Below, piece by piece: positions 10,361-19,010 of a stretch of DNA of 64,000 bases. The notes under the pieces are model-generated. The model was not told the DNA's origin. It saw nothing but the letters and a program-made list of their open reading frames with translations, and searched no databases. A program made the translations under genes and the position numbers. How positions within the stretch are numbered: the first letter of the stretch is position 1; every line of letters starts with the position of its first letter. The stretch lies in assembly GCA_029250225.1 (NCBI GenBank), contig JAQWUY010000031.1, forward strand, positions 226,948 to 290,947. Reading direction: 5' to 3'. Source of the stretch: Alphaproteobacteria bacterium. Lineage in GTDB: Bacteria > Pseudomonadota > Alphaproteobacteria > JAQWUY01.

Positions 10361-10989
10361 TGAATGAAATTGGTATAAACACAGCTGATATAATTATCTT
10401 AGCAATTATTTTACTTTCTGGAATATTATCTTTTCAAAAAGGATTAATACAAGAAATAATGCGTATATCCTCTTGGATTGGGGCTGTTGTAGTTGCTTTG
10501 TACAGTTACGACCCAATATTACCGTATGTCAAAGAATATGTAGATATGGAAATTGGAGCATCAGCAATAACCGGTGCATCTAGTTTTATATTATCATTAA
10601 TAGTATTTTATATAATATCGCATTTTATATCAGGTATTGTAAAATATAGTTTAATTGGTTCTTTAAACAAATCGCTTGGTTTTATATTTGGTATGATACG
10701 AGGTGCTGTAATTTGCTCAATATTATATATTTCAATTATATATTTATATGATGGTAAAAAAATTGATGCATTTGAAAATGCGAAAACAAAAAATATAATT
10801 GAATATACATCCAAGATTATTATTTTATCCCTGCCTGAAAACTTTGAAAATAAAGTTAATGGCACAGTTAAAATTATAAAAAATAATATTAATGATTTAG
10901 AGAAATTAAATGGAACATATAACAATCTAAATCAACAAAAAACAAACCAAGATGATATCGGTGATTTAATTGACTATACCATTGATTAA
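10360..10989 (+). CDS. cvpA: CvpA-family membrane protein (colicin V production protein homolog)
   Basis: 209-aa, 4-TM protein. Conserved radA-cvpA linkage; TAATG start/stop overlap. Confidence 0.6.
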   Translation: MNEIGINTADIIILAIILLSGILSFQKGLIQEIMRISSWIGAVVVALYSYDPILPYVKEYVDMEIGASAITGASSFILSLIVFYIISHFISGIVKYSLIGSLNKSLGFIFGMIRGAVICSILYISIIYLYDGKKIDAFENAKTKNIIEYTSKIIILSLPENFENKVNGTVKIIKNNINDLEKLNGTYNNLNQQKTNQDDIGDLIDYTID

Positions 10990-10999
10990 AATATAAAAC

Positions 11000-12397
11000 C
11001 TATTTTCGCTTTCCAATAGCTTTTTTATTTCTTAGGTGTTCATAAGGGTTTTCGCTCTTTCGCATTAAGATACGAATAGGAATACCTTTTAAATCAAAAT
11101 CTTCACGCATTCCCTGCGCCAAATAACGAATATAGCTTTCTGGCATTTCATCAGGCAAACTAACATTTAAATAAAATGTTGGTGGACGAGTTTTTATTTG
11201 GCTAATAAATTTAACTTTAATTCGTCTACCGCTTGCCATTGGTGGTGGGTGTTGCTCTGTTTTATACCTTAACCAATCATTAAGTTTTGATGTAGATATA
11301 CGAATATTCCAAGTATCAAAAATATTAAAAGCACTATCGATTAATTTTTCAATATTTTTTCCATTAAGGGCTGATAATGTAACAATTGGCACCCCCCTTA
11401 CTTGATTTAAAGATGCTTCAATTCTATTTCTTAGTTCATTTAATGTTTTTTCTTTGTCTTCGACTTTATCCCATTTATTCGCCCCTATTACTAAGGCTCT
11501 ACCTTCATTAATAACGGTTGATGCGATTGATAAATCTTGTTTTTCTATGCCTTGTTCCATATCCAACATTAATATCACAACCTGAGCAAATTTTATCGCA
11601 CGGATACTATCAGCTGATGCTAATTTTTCAATTTTCTCGTTTATTTTACCACGGCGTCGTAAACCCGCTGTATCAAAAATTTTAACTTTTTTACCGTAAT
11701 GCTCAAAATCACTAGATATACTATCTCTGGTAATACCGGCTTCTTGCCCTGTTAACATTCTTTCTTCACCAAGACAAGAATTTACCAAAGTAGATTTACC
11801 CGCATTAGGACGGCCAACTATGGCAAGTTGCAATGGTCTTTTCTTTACAATCTCATCATCTTTTTCGTGTCCTGTATCAATAAATTCTTCTTGTGCAGGT
11901 TCTTCAAAATAATATTGTTTTAAGGCATCGTATAAGTCACCCATACCTTCGCCGTGTTCCGCAGATATAGAAATAACTTCACCTAATCCCAATCCGTAAG
12001 CTTCACCAATACCGAATATTGAGCTTTGTTTTTCGCATTTATTTGCAACTAATATAATTGGTTTATTGGTTTTTCTAAGGAAGAGTGAAAAATGTTCGTC
12101 CATAGGCACAACCCCTTCGCGACCATCAATCATCATTACACATACATCGGATTGTTGGATTGCGGTTTCGGTTTGAAGGCGCATTCTACCTTCTAGGGAA
12201 TCATCGAATGATTCTTCTAGGCCGGCTGTATCAATTAGTTTAAATTTTAAATCGGCAATTTTTCCCATACCTTCACGGCGATCACGCGTAACCCCAGGCG
12301 TATCGTCAACGATAGCTAGTTTTTTACCGACTAAGCGGTTAAATAAAGTAGATTTACCTACATTAGGTCTACCTACAAGGGATACTGTAAATGTCAT
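11000..12397 (-). CDS. der: Ribosome-associated GTPase Der (EngA), tandem GTPase domains
   Basis: Two G-domains (GRPNVGKSTLFN and GRPNAGKSTLVN) plus KH-like C-domain. Confidence 0.93.
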   Translation of the reverse strand: MTFTVSLVGRPNVGKSTLFNRLVGKKLAIVDDTPGVTRDRREGMGKIADLKFKLIDTAGLEESFDDSLEGRMRLQTETAIQQSDVCVMMIDGREGVVPMDEHFSLFLRKTNKPIILVANKCEKQSSIFGIGEAYGLGLGEVISISAEHGEGMGDLYDALKQYYFEEPAQEEFIDTGHEKDDEIVKKRPLQLAIVGRPNAGKSTLVNSCLGEERMLTGQEAGITRDSISSDFEHYGKKVKIFDTAGLRRRGKINEKIEKLASADSIRAIKFAQVVILMLDMEQGIEKQDLSIASTVINEGRALVIGANKWDKVEDKEKTLNELRNRIEASLNQVRGVPIVTLSALNGKNIEKLIDSAFNIFDTWNIRISTSKLNDWLRYKTEQHPPPMASGRRIKVKFISQIKTRPPTFYLNVSLPDEMPESYIRYLAQGMREDFDLKGIPIRILMRKSENPYEHLRNKKAIGKRK

Positions 12398-13629
12398 TAT
12401 CTGTATACTTTCAAATTACCGTCATCTTGCAACATATACACAAGATTTCTTTTTTTAACAATTTTTAAATTACTATTTTTTGTATTATGTAAGGCAATTG
12501 TGTTGCCGTTGTCAATGCTTAATAATTGTATTTTGCCTGTTGATGAAAATAAAACAAGCTTTCCGTTGTGTAAAATCATATTATTCCAAGTAGTTTGAAC
12601 ACTGTTATATGATCGTTGTAATTGCATAGTCCAATAGACAAAACCATCATTTTTATCAATAGCCCATACTTTTGAATTAACATCTAGAATGAATATTATA
12701 TCGCCTGTAACTACTGTATTTACCTCGCTTGATATATTTTTACGCATTTTAACAAAACCTGTCTTGGAGTTTATAGAATAAAAACCTTTGCTACTTGATA
12801 TTACATAAATATTTTCATTGTCGATAGTTATAGGAGAAATAAATGAAGATTTATCAACAACACTATCAAAACTTAAATTATTCGTAAGTTTACTAGACCA
12901 ATGCTGTTTTCCATTGCTTGCATTGATTGCAAACAAATTACCATTTGAATACAAAATATAAGCTATATTTTTATCAATTATTACTTTTGCTACTTCCAAA
13001 TAACTAGTTTCAATTTCAAAATTTGGTGAGTGTTCCCAAACTATTTTTCCATTTTGTGAATTAATAGAAACAGTTTTACCGCCAACTAATTGAAATATTA
13101 AATTATTTAAATATACAGATGGCTTAGAATTAATGTTATTGCCTAAATCAATTTCCCATAAAACATTTCCATTTTTAATATCTAGGCCGTAAGTAATCCC
13201 GTTATTGCCGAAAACGATTACTACTTTATCAACAATTTTTAAATATCCGCGAAATAAAGGAGATTCTGATAATTCAATTTTATTCTGCCACATCTTTTTA
13301 TTATACAAAATATTATACGAATATATTTCACCAGATGTGTTTAAATAAAAAACAGTTTCATTCAAAATATCAAATTCAGCAATCTTAGTATCAAACTTAT
13401 TAATATCGCCTAATTTTAACTTAATAAAATCAACTTTTTCTAGGTCTACATTGCGAATAGAAGAACCAAGTTTATTAACCGGAATACCTAACCCGTTAAT
13501 ATTGGGTTTATTTAGATTATTAGTACCTGTATCTTTTGTAATATCAAAACTTTCATTACCAGCACAAGCTGTAATAAAAATAGTGATAAATAAGATATTT
13601 GCAAATTTAAATACATTATTTACGAGCAT
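12397..13629 (-). CDS. bamB: Outer-membrane assembly lipoprotein BamB-like (PQQ-type beta-propeller)
   Basis: Lipoprotein signal with lipobox ITAC. Repeated ...NG.v.W beta-propeller blades. Conserved position upstream of der; stop overlaps the der ATG. Confidence 0.7.
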   Translation of the reverse strand: MLVNNVFKFANILFITIFITACAGNESFDITKDTGTNNLNKPNINGLGIPVNKLGSSIRNVDLEKVDFIKLKLGDINKFDTKIAEFDILNETVFYLNTSGEIYSYNILYNKKMWQNKIELSESPLFRGYLKIVDKVVIVFGNNGITYGLDIKNGNVLWEIDLGNNINSKPSVYLNNLIFQLVGGKTVSINSQNGKIVWEHSPNFEIETSYLEVAKVIIDKNIAYILYSNGNLFAINASNGKQHWSSKLTNNLSFDSVVDKSSFISPITIDNENIYVISSSKGFYSINSKTGFVKMRKNISSEVNTVVTGDIIFILDVNSKVWAIDKNDGFVYWTMQLQRSYNSVQTTWNNMILHNGKLVLFSSTGKIQLLSIDNGNTIALHNTKNSNLKIVKKRNLVYMLQDDGNLKVYR

Positions 13630-13645
13630 ATAATTTATTAACTTA

Positions 13646-14257
13646 TTATTTTACTAATACACTTAACATATTATCAACAATTTCTCTATTTGATGGATTT
13701 ATTGATATGTTATTTTTCAATTCCTGCAAGATTTTAATAGCTTCATTATTTTTGTTATTTTGCAATAGAACTTCAACTCCTGTTAATTGTGCAATGACTT
13801 TAAACTGTGGAGAATTTATTGTATTTAAACGCATTAATAATTCACCTGAATTCACTTGCTCTATACCAACCCAAACCGAAGCCAAAACAGCATATTCTTT
13901 TTGAGGAGATGAAGCATTTTTCGAATATGTATATAATATATTTGATGCTTCCAAAACATTAGTTAAAGAAACTTGTTTAGCTTTTTCAACAACAGCTATA
14001 AATTGCGAACCTTGTTCACCTTGTGCAATTAATTCATCTAATAGATTAACATTTCCATTAGCAAGATAACTTTCAAAGATTTCCGATTCTTGATTGATTT
14101 TATTAATCTTGTATTTATCGAAACCAACAAGAACAGCCGTTCCAGCTATAATAAAAATTATAAACGCCATAACATAAAAACGATATTTGTTCCAAAACAA
14201 GATTAATTTTTCATCTTGTATATCTTGATTAACTTCATCAATAAATTGTTTCGTCAT
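13646..14257 (-). CDS. Membrane-anchored TPR-like protein, YfgM family
   Basis: Single N-terminal TM (FYVMAFIIFIIAGTAVLVGF) followed by a helical/TPR-like domain. Conserved neighbour of bamB-der. Confidence 0.5.
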   Translation of the reverse strand: MTKQFIDEVNQDIQDEKLILFWNKYRFYVMAFIIFIIAGTAVLVGFDKYKINKINQESEIFESYLANGNVNLLDELIAQGEQGSQFIAVVEKAKQVSLTNVLEASNILYTYSKNASSPQKEYAVLASVWVGIEQVNSGELLMRLNTINSPQFKVIAQLTGVEVLLQNNKNNEAIKILQELKNNISINPSNREIVDNMLSVLVK

Positions 14258-14361
14258 AATAATATCCTTACTTATTTATTAGCCTTGTTATAAGAAATAT
14301 ACAATAAAAAGTTTAAAAAACCAATACTCTTTATTTTATAATGCTTAGAATCATATTTTCC

Positions 14362-14390
14362 TTGATTCGATTCTGTTTATCTTATATATT
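14362..14390 (+). promoter_or_regulatory. Candidate gcrA promoter with two adjacent GANTC (CcrM-type) motifs
   Basis: TTGATT (14362-14367), 17 nt, TATATT (14385-14390). GATTCGATTC at 14364-14373 overlaps the -35. Confidence 0.3.
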
Positions 14391-14437
14391 AATCATTAAT
14401 ATTAAATTACTTTTTAAAAGAATAAGGAATTATCAAA

Positions 14438-14836
14438 ATGACCTTTAAATGGACAGACGAAAATGTTCAAAAACTAAAAAAGATGTTAGCAAATGGCAAA
14501 TCAGCTAGGGAAATAGCCGAAGAACTTGGTGGAATATCAAGAAACTCTGTTATAGGTAAAGCACATAGACTTGGTATTTCAGCACAAAATGAAAAGAAAA
14601 AAGCCAAGACAGCTTCTCCGAGCAAAGAGGTTAAGAAAAAAGCTGAGAGCAATGTAAAGCCAATTAAACAAGTGATTCATATATCACAAGCAACCCCGAG
14701 GTCTTCTGAAAATAGTTGTCAGTGGCCGATTGGTGATCCAGGCACATCTGAATTTAAATTTTGTTATGAGCCTGCCAAACCAGGCAGACCATATTGTAAT
14801 GAACATTGTAATATTGCATATCGTAAAATAAAATAA
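14438..14836 (+). CDS. gcrA: Cell-cycle transcriptional regulator GcrA
   Basis: N-terminal W(T)DE..LK.L...G.SA.EIA..LGG.SRN.VIGK.HRLG and C-terminal CQWPIGDP...FC...PYC are the GcrA family signatures. Confidence 0.88.
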   Translation: MTFKWTDENVQKLKKMLANGKSAREIAEELGGISRNSVIGKAHRLGISAQNEKKKAKTASPSKEVKKKAESNVKPIKQVIHISQATPRSSENSCQWPIGDPGTSEFKFCYEPAKPGRPYCNEHCNIAYRKIK

Positions 14837-14851
14837 TAAATTGAGTGAACA

Positions 14852-15808
14852 ATGCCTGCCACAAACAAAACAAGGGTGGCAAAGGTTTTAAGTAACGCTC
14901 CACCTGCTTATGCTGTAATAGATTTAGGGACTAATTCTTGTCGCCTATTAATCGCTAGGTACATTAATGATAAAATAAGTATCATTGATTCCCTTTCTGA
15001 TTCAATTTCTTTGGGTAAAGGAATTAATGAAACACAAGAAATAAATGAACAAGCAAAACAAAGAGCGATTAATTGTTTAATAAAAATCAAGAATAAGATT
15101 GCTAAGCACAATATTGTTGCAATATCAGCGGTTGCAACTGAAACCTGCCGTCGTGCAAAAAACGGACAAGCAATTATTGATGAAATATATCAAAAAACAG
15201 GAATTGAATTTAAAATCATAGATACAAAAGAAGAATCTGAACTAGCTGTGGCTGGTTGCTATGACTTGTGCAATGGAGAAACAAATTTAGTTTTTGATAT
15301 CGGTGGTGGTTCTACACAAATTATGTTAGTAAAAAATAATGATATAAGTGATTATATATCGATACCTTATGGAGTTTTAACACTAACTGAAAAAATAAAT
15401 AAAACATATGTTAGTGAGCAAGAATTTGTAAAATACCAAGAATATATAAAATCATATCTAAATAAACTTCCATATGAAAATATTAGTGATATAAATGTTG
15501 TTGGAACATCAGGCACTATCACTACTATTGCCAGTACACATTTGAAATTAAATACATACAAAAGAAATTTAATTGATGGTATTAAGATAGAACAAAGTGA
15601 AATAATGAACCTTGCAAAGAAAATAGCTAAAATGCAAGAAAAGGAAAGAGTAAAAATACCAAGTATAAATCAAAAATATTCAAAATTAATGATGGCAGGT
15701 TGTATAATTTTATATAGTATATGTGAAAAATTTGAAGCAAAATATATAAATGTAGCCGATCGTGGTATCCGTGAAGGTATGTTAAAAAGGTTGATAAAAA
15801 ATGACTAA
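14852..15808 (+). CDS. Ppx/GppA-family phosphatase (exopolyphosphatase / guanosine pentaphosphate phosphohydrolase)
   Basis: AVIDLGTNSCRLLIA actin-like ATPase fold N-terminus and DIGGGSTQ second phosphate-binding motif. Confidence 0.75.
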   Translation: MPATNKTRVAKVLSNAPPAYAVIDLGTNSCRLLIARYINDKISIIDSLSDSISLGKGINETQEINEQAKQRAINCLIKIKNKIAKHNIVAISAVATETCRRAKNGQAIIDEIYQKTGIEFKIIDTKEESELAVAGCYDLCNGETNLVFDIGGGSTQIMLVKNNDISDYISIPYGVLTLTEKINKTYVSEQEFVKYQEYIKSYLNKLPYENISDINVVGTSGTITTIASTHLKLNTYKRNLIDGIKIEQSEIMNLAKKIAKMQEKERVKIPSINQKYSKLMMAGCIILYSICEKFEAKYINVADRGIREGMLKRLIKND

Positions 15809-16502
15809 AAAATCAAAAGGTAAAGTATCAGATCGCAGATACAAAACCGTGCGTGTTAAAACAGCAAGGAAAAGAGCTAACAGCTCGACCCGTTGGCTTG
15901 AAAGGCAATTAAATGATCCATATGTAATGGAGGCAAAAAGATTAGGGTTGCGTAGTCGTGCCGCTTTTAAAATGCAAGATATACAAAATAAATATCAAAT
16001 AATCAAACAAGGTCATAAAATTGTTGATTTAGGTTGCGCACCTGGCGGATGGATGCAAGTCGCATTAGAAATTATGAATAACAAGGGAAGTGTTGTAGGA
16101 ATCGATTTATTGGAAGTAGAGCCAATAAACGGAGCAACAATTTTACAAGGTGATTTTACAGATGACGATGCACCAGAAAAAATTAAGCAAGTTTTAAACG
16201 GCAAGGCTAACGGAGTCTTATCAGATATGGCTTCTAATACCACAGGGCATAAACAAACCGACCACCTTAGAATAATTGCCCTTGTTGAAATGGCTTTATA
16301 CTTTGCACTAGAAATACTGGAAAAAGACGGTTATTTTGTTGCAAAAGTTTTTTCTGGTGGAACAGAAAACAATATTTTAAGAATATTAAAAAAACACTTT
16401 ACTAAGGTATTTCATTACAAACCTCCATCATCACGCAAGGATTCGCCTGAAATGTATGTAGTTGCAATAAAATACAAAGATAATTTTGACGGGAACTTTT
16501 AA
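15801..16502 (+). CDS. rlmE: 23S rRNA (uridine-2'-O)-methyltransferase RlmE (FtsJ)
   Basis: RSRAAFKMQDI, DLGCAPGGWMQVA SAM motif, K-D-K-E catalytic residues context. Confidence 0.9.
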   Translation: MTKKSKGKVSDRRYKTVRVKTARKRANSSTRWLERQLNDPYVMEAKRLGLRSRAAFKMQDIQNKYQIIKQGHKIVDLGCAPGGWMQVALEIMNNKGSVVGIDLLEVEPINGATILQGDFTDDDAPEKIKQVLNGKANGVLSDMASNTTGHKQTDHLRIIALVEMALYFALEILEKDGYFVAKVFSGGTENNILRILKKHFTKVFHYKPPSSRKDSPEMYVVAIKYKDNFDGNF

Positions 16503-16505
16503 AAA

Positions 16506-17819
16506 ATGAAACCAACTTCTCTTACCACTGCTATTATTGAAATTCTAGATAGCATCAACAATAGTAAAATACCTGCCGATAGAATAATTTCTTTTTGGAA
16601 TAAAAATAATCGTTATGCCGGCTCAAAGGATAAATCTTTTATAACAGAAAGTATTTACAATATTTTACGAAATAAAGGACAAATTGAGTGGTGGGTTAAA
16701 TACCTAGACTGCAATATAAGCGCGCGTACAATTATTATTTGTTATTATCATTTTACAAACCAAGATGTGAAAAATATGTTTAATGATTCAAAAAATAAAT
16801 ATGCACCCTGCCCTATATCAAGCAAAGAGCTTAAATTTATAGAAAAATTACAAAAATATAATTCTATAAATCATAAAGAAATGCCGATTCACGATAAATT
16901 AAATATCAGTGAATATTTATATAATAAGTTTTTTGAATTTTATGCTGAACAAACACCACAAGTATTATCAGCACTAAACACAGAGGCAAACATTGATATC
17001 AGGGTTAACAATTTAAAATCAGATACTGAACAAGTAGCAAAAGAACTAGAAGAACAAGGCATAGAAACAACAAAGCTACCTATTTTATCAAATGGATTAA
17101 GATTAAATAAAAGATTTGCTTTATCATCATTAAAAACATTCAAGAACGGTTTTTTTGAAATACAAGATTGTGGCTCACAAATAGTAAGTAAATTAATAAA
17201 TGCAAAAAAAGGTGATAAAATAGTTGATTTTTGTGCTGGTGCTGGTGGGAAAACACTAGCGATGGCCGATGATATGAAAAACACAGGTCGTATTATATAT
17301 TGTGATGTATCAGAAAAACGCCTTGACCGTGCAAGTATCCGTCTTCGTCGCGGTGGAGTAAATAATGCAGAAAAAAGACTATTGTCATCAGAAAAAGATA
17401 AATGGATAAAGCGAAGAAATGAACGATTTAGCGGTGGTTTCGATAAAGTTGTGGTTGATGCACCTTGCTCTGGAACCGGCACTTGGAGGCGAAACCCTGA
17501 TCAGAAATGGCGTACAGACGAACAAACTATTAATGAATTATGTGTTTTACAAGAAAGTATTTTAAAATCTTCGTCTCGCCTTGTGCGTCCTGGTGGAAAA
17601 TTAATCTATATAACTTGTTCATTATTAAAGGACGAGAACGAAAGCCAAGTTGATAAATTCCTTGATAATAACAAAGATTTCCATTTATGCGATATTAACA
17701 ATACTTGGTTTGATACATTTGAACAAAAAAATATTAGTGATGATAAAACTCTAAGAATAACAGCGCACCAAAATAACAGCGATGGTTTTTTTATGGCTAT
17801 ATTAGAACGCCGTATTTAA
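16506..17819 (+). CDS. RsmB/Sun-family rRNA cytosine-C5 methyltransferase
   Basis: DFCAGAGGKTLAMA SAM-binding and VVVDAPCSGTGTWRRNPD plus ITCSL catalytic Cys motifs. N-terminal domain is divergent. Confidence 0.78.
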   Translation: MKPTSLTTAIIEILDSINNSKIPADRIISFWNKNNRYAGSKDKSFITESIYNILRNKGQIEWWVKYLDCNISARTIIICYYHFTNQDVKNMFNDSKNKYAPCPISSKELKFIEKLQKYNSINHKEMPIHDKLNISEYLYNKFFEFYAEQTPQVLSALNTEANIDIRVNNLKSDTEQVAKELEEQGIETTKLPILSNGLRLNKRFALSSLKTFKNGFFEIQDCGSQIVSKLINAKKGDKIVDFCAGAGGKTLAMADDMKNTGRIIYCDVSEKRLDRASIRLRRGGVNNAEKRLLSSEKDKWIKRRNERFSGGFDKVVVDAPCSGTGTWRRNPDQKWRTDEQTINELCVLQESILKSSSRLVRPGGKLIYITCSLLKDENESQVDKFLDNNKDFHLCDINNTWFDTFEQKNISDDKTLRITAHQNNSDGFFMAILERRI

Positions 17820-17840
17820 ATATATAAATAATATTTAATT

Positions 17841-17877
17841 CCCCCCCTTATAATTATTTATTAGGGGGTGTTTTTTT
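17841..17877 (+). terminator. Rho-independent terminator after the RsmB-like gene
   Basis: CCCCCCC...GGGGG stem followed by T7 (17871-17877). Confidence 0.65.
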
Positions 17878-17945
17878 ATAAAAATGTTTAAAAAAAAATT
17901 ATATTGTGCTAGTCTAAATTAATAATTCTAGGGTAAAATATAGTT

Positions 17946-19004
17946 ATGAAAAAATTAACAAATAAAATATTAAAAAATCAAAATATCTTAACAGCAACTA
18001 TAATATTAATTATTATCATCATTTGGATGTTATCCGGCATATTATTCAATAAAAATGATAAATATAAACCGTTTAAAAAATTATCTAATGTAAAAATTAA
18101 AGTTGAAAGTATAATCGTACAAAAATTTAGCCCAACGATATCTATACCCGCCAAGATAGAATCAGAACAAAGTATACTTATAAAATCACAAGTTGCGGGT
18201 AATATTGCTAATATAAATGTTAAATCGGGTGAAATGGTAAGATCTGGGCAACTACTATTAATAATTGATGGAAATGCAATACGAGCAAAATTGAAACAAG
18301 CTCATATAAATTATAATGAATCTTTAATCCAATACCAAGCTAACAAAAAATTATATAGTAAAAAACTAATTTCAGAGGCAGGTTTTGAAAAAATAAGATT
18401 AAAACTAGCTAGTGCAAAAGCTGATTTAGAAAGTGTTAAAAATGAATACAATAAACACTACATCAAATCACCTTTTTCAGGTCAAGTAGGTATTGTTAGA
18501 GTAAAAAAAGACGAGATAATTAACCGAAACCAAGAAATTATTGATGTGGAAAATAAATCACAATATAAAATTGTTGGATATGTTTCTATAAGGCAAAAAG
18601 CAAAAATAAAAGAAGGTAACAAATTTCACTTTTATATAGGTAACGAAAAACACTTTGGAACAATTACAGCAATTTCTTCTACACCAGAACAAGTTGTTAA
18701 AACATACCGTGTTGAAGGAAAAATTGATAAAGATGAGTTTGTTGCTGGTCAACCAGTTAAAATGACAATAAGTCTTGATAAAGTAAATGCTCATTTTATA
18801 CCATCATCTTTATTTAATATTAATGATAACGGTGATTTATCAATAAAAATCCTAAATGAAAATAACAAAGTAATACTAAAACAAGTTGATATAATAGAAG
18901 AAACTTCAAATGGTTCTTGGGTTGTTGGACTTGATAGAATAACTAAAATACTAACAGATGGTGCCGGATTTGCAAAAATAGGTAGCTCTATTGTGGAAAA
19001 ATAA
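17946..19004 (+). CDS. Efflux RND periplasmic adaptor (membrane fusion protein, HlyD family)
   Basis: N-terminal TM anchor, lipoyl/beta-barrel hairpin region SQVAGNIANINVKSGEMVRSGQLLLIIDGN. Immediately upstream of an RND pump. Confidence 0.7.
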   Translation: MKKLTNKILKNQNILTATIILIIIIIWMLSGILFNKNDKYKPFKKLSNVKIKVESIIVQKFSPTISIPAKIESEQSILIKSQVAGNIANINVKSGEMVRSGQLLLIIDGNAIRAKLKQAHINYNESLIQYQANKKLYSKKLISEAGFEKIRLKLASAKADLESVKNEYNKHYIKSPFSGQVGIVRVKKDEIINRNQEIIDVENKSQYKIVGYVSIRQKAKIKEGNKFHFYIGNEKHFGTITAISSTPEQVVKTYRVEGKIDKDEFVAGQPVKMTISLDKVNAHFIPSSLFNINDNGDLSIKILNENNKVILKQVDIIEETSNGSWVVGLDRITKILTDGAGFAKIGSSIVEK

Positions 19005-19010
19005 AAAACA

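Noticed and set aside
14258-14437. CtrA (TTAA-N7-TTAA) and DnaA (TTATCCACA) boxes upstream of gcrA
   Set aside because: Only partial matches (TTAATCATTAATATTAA lacks the correct N7 spacing; TTATCTTAT is 5/9). This is indistinguishable from chance in AT-rich DNA.
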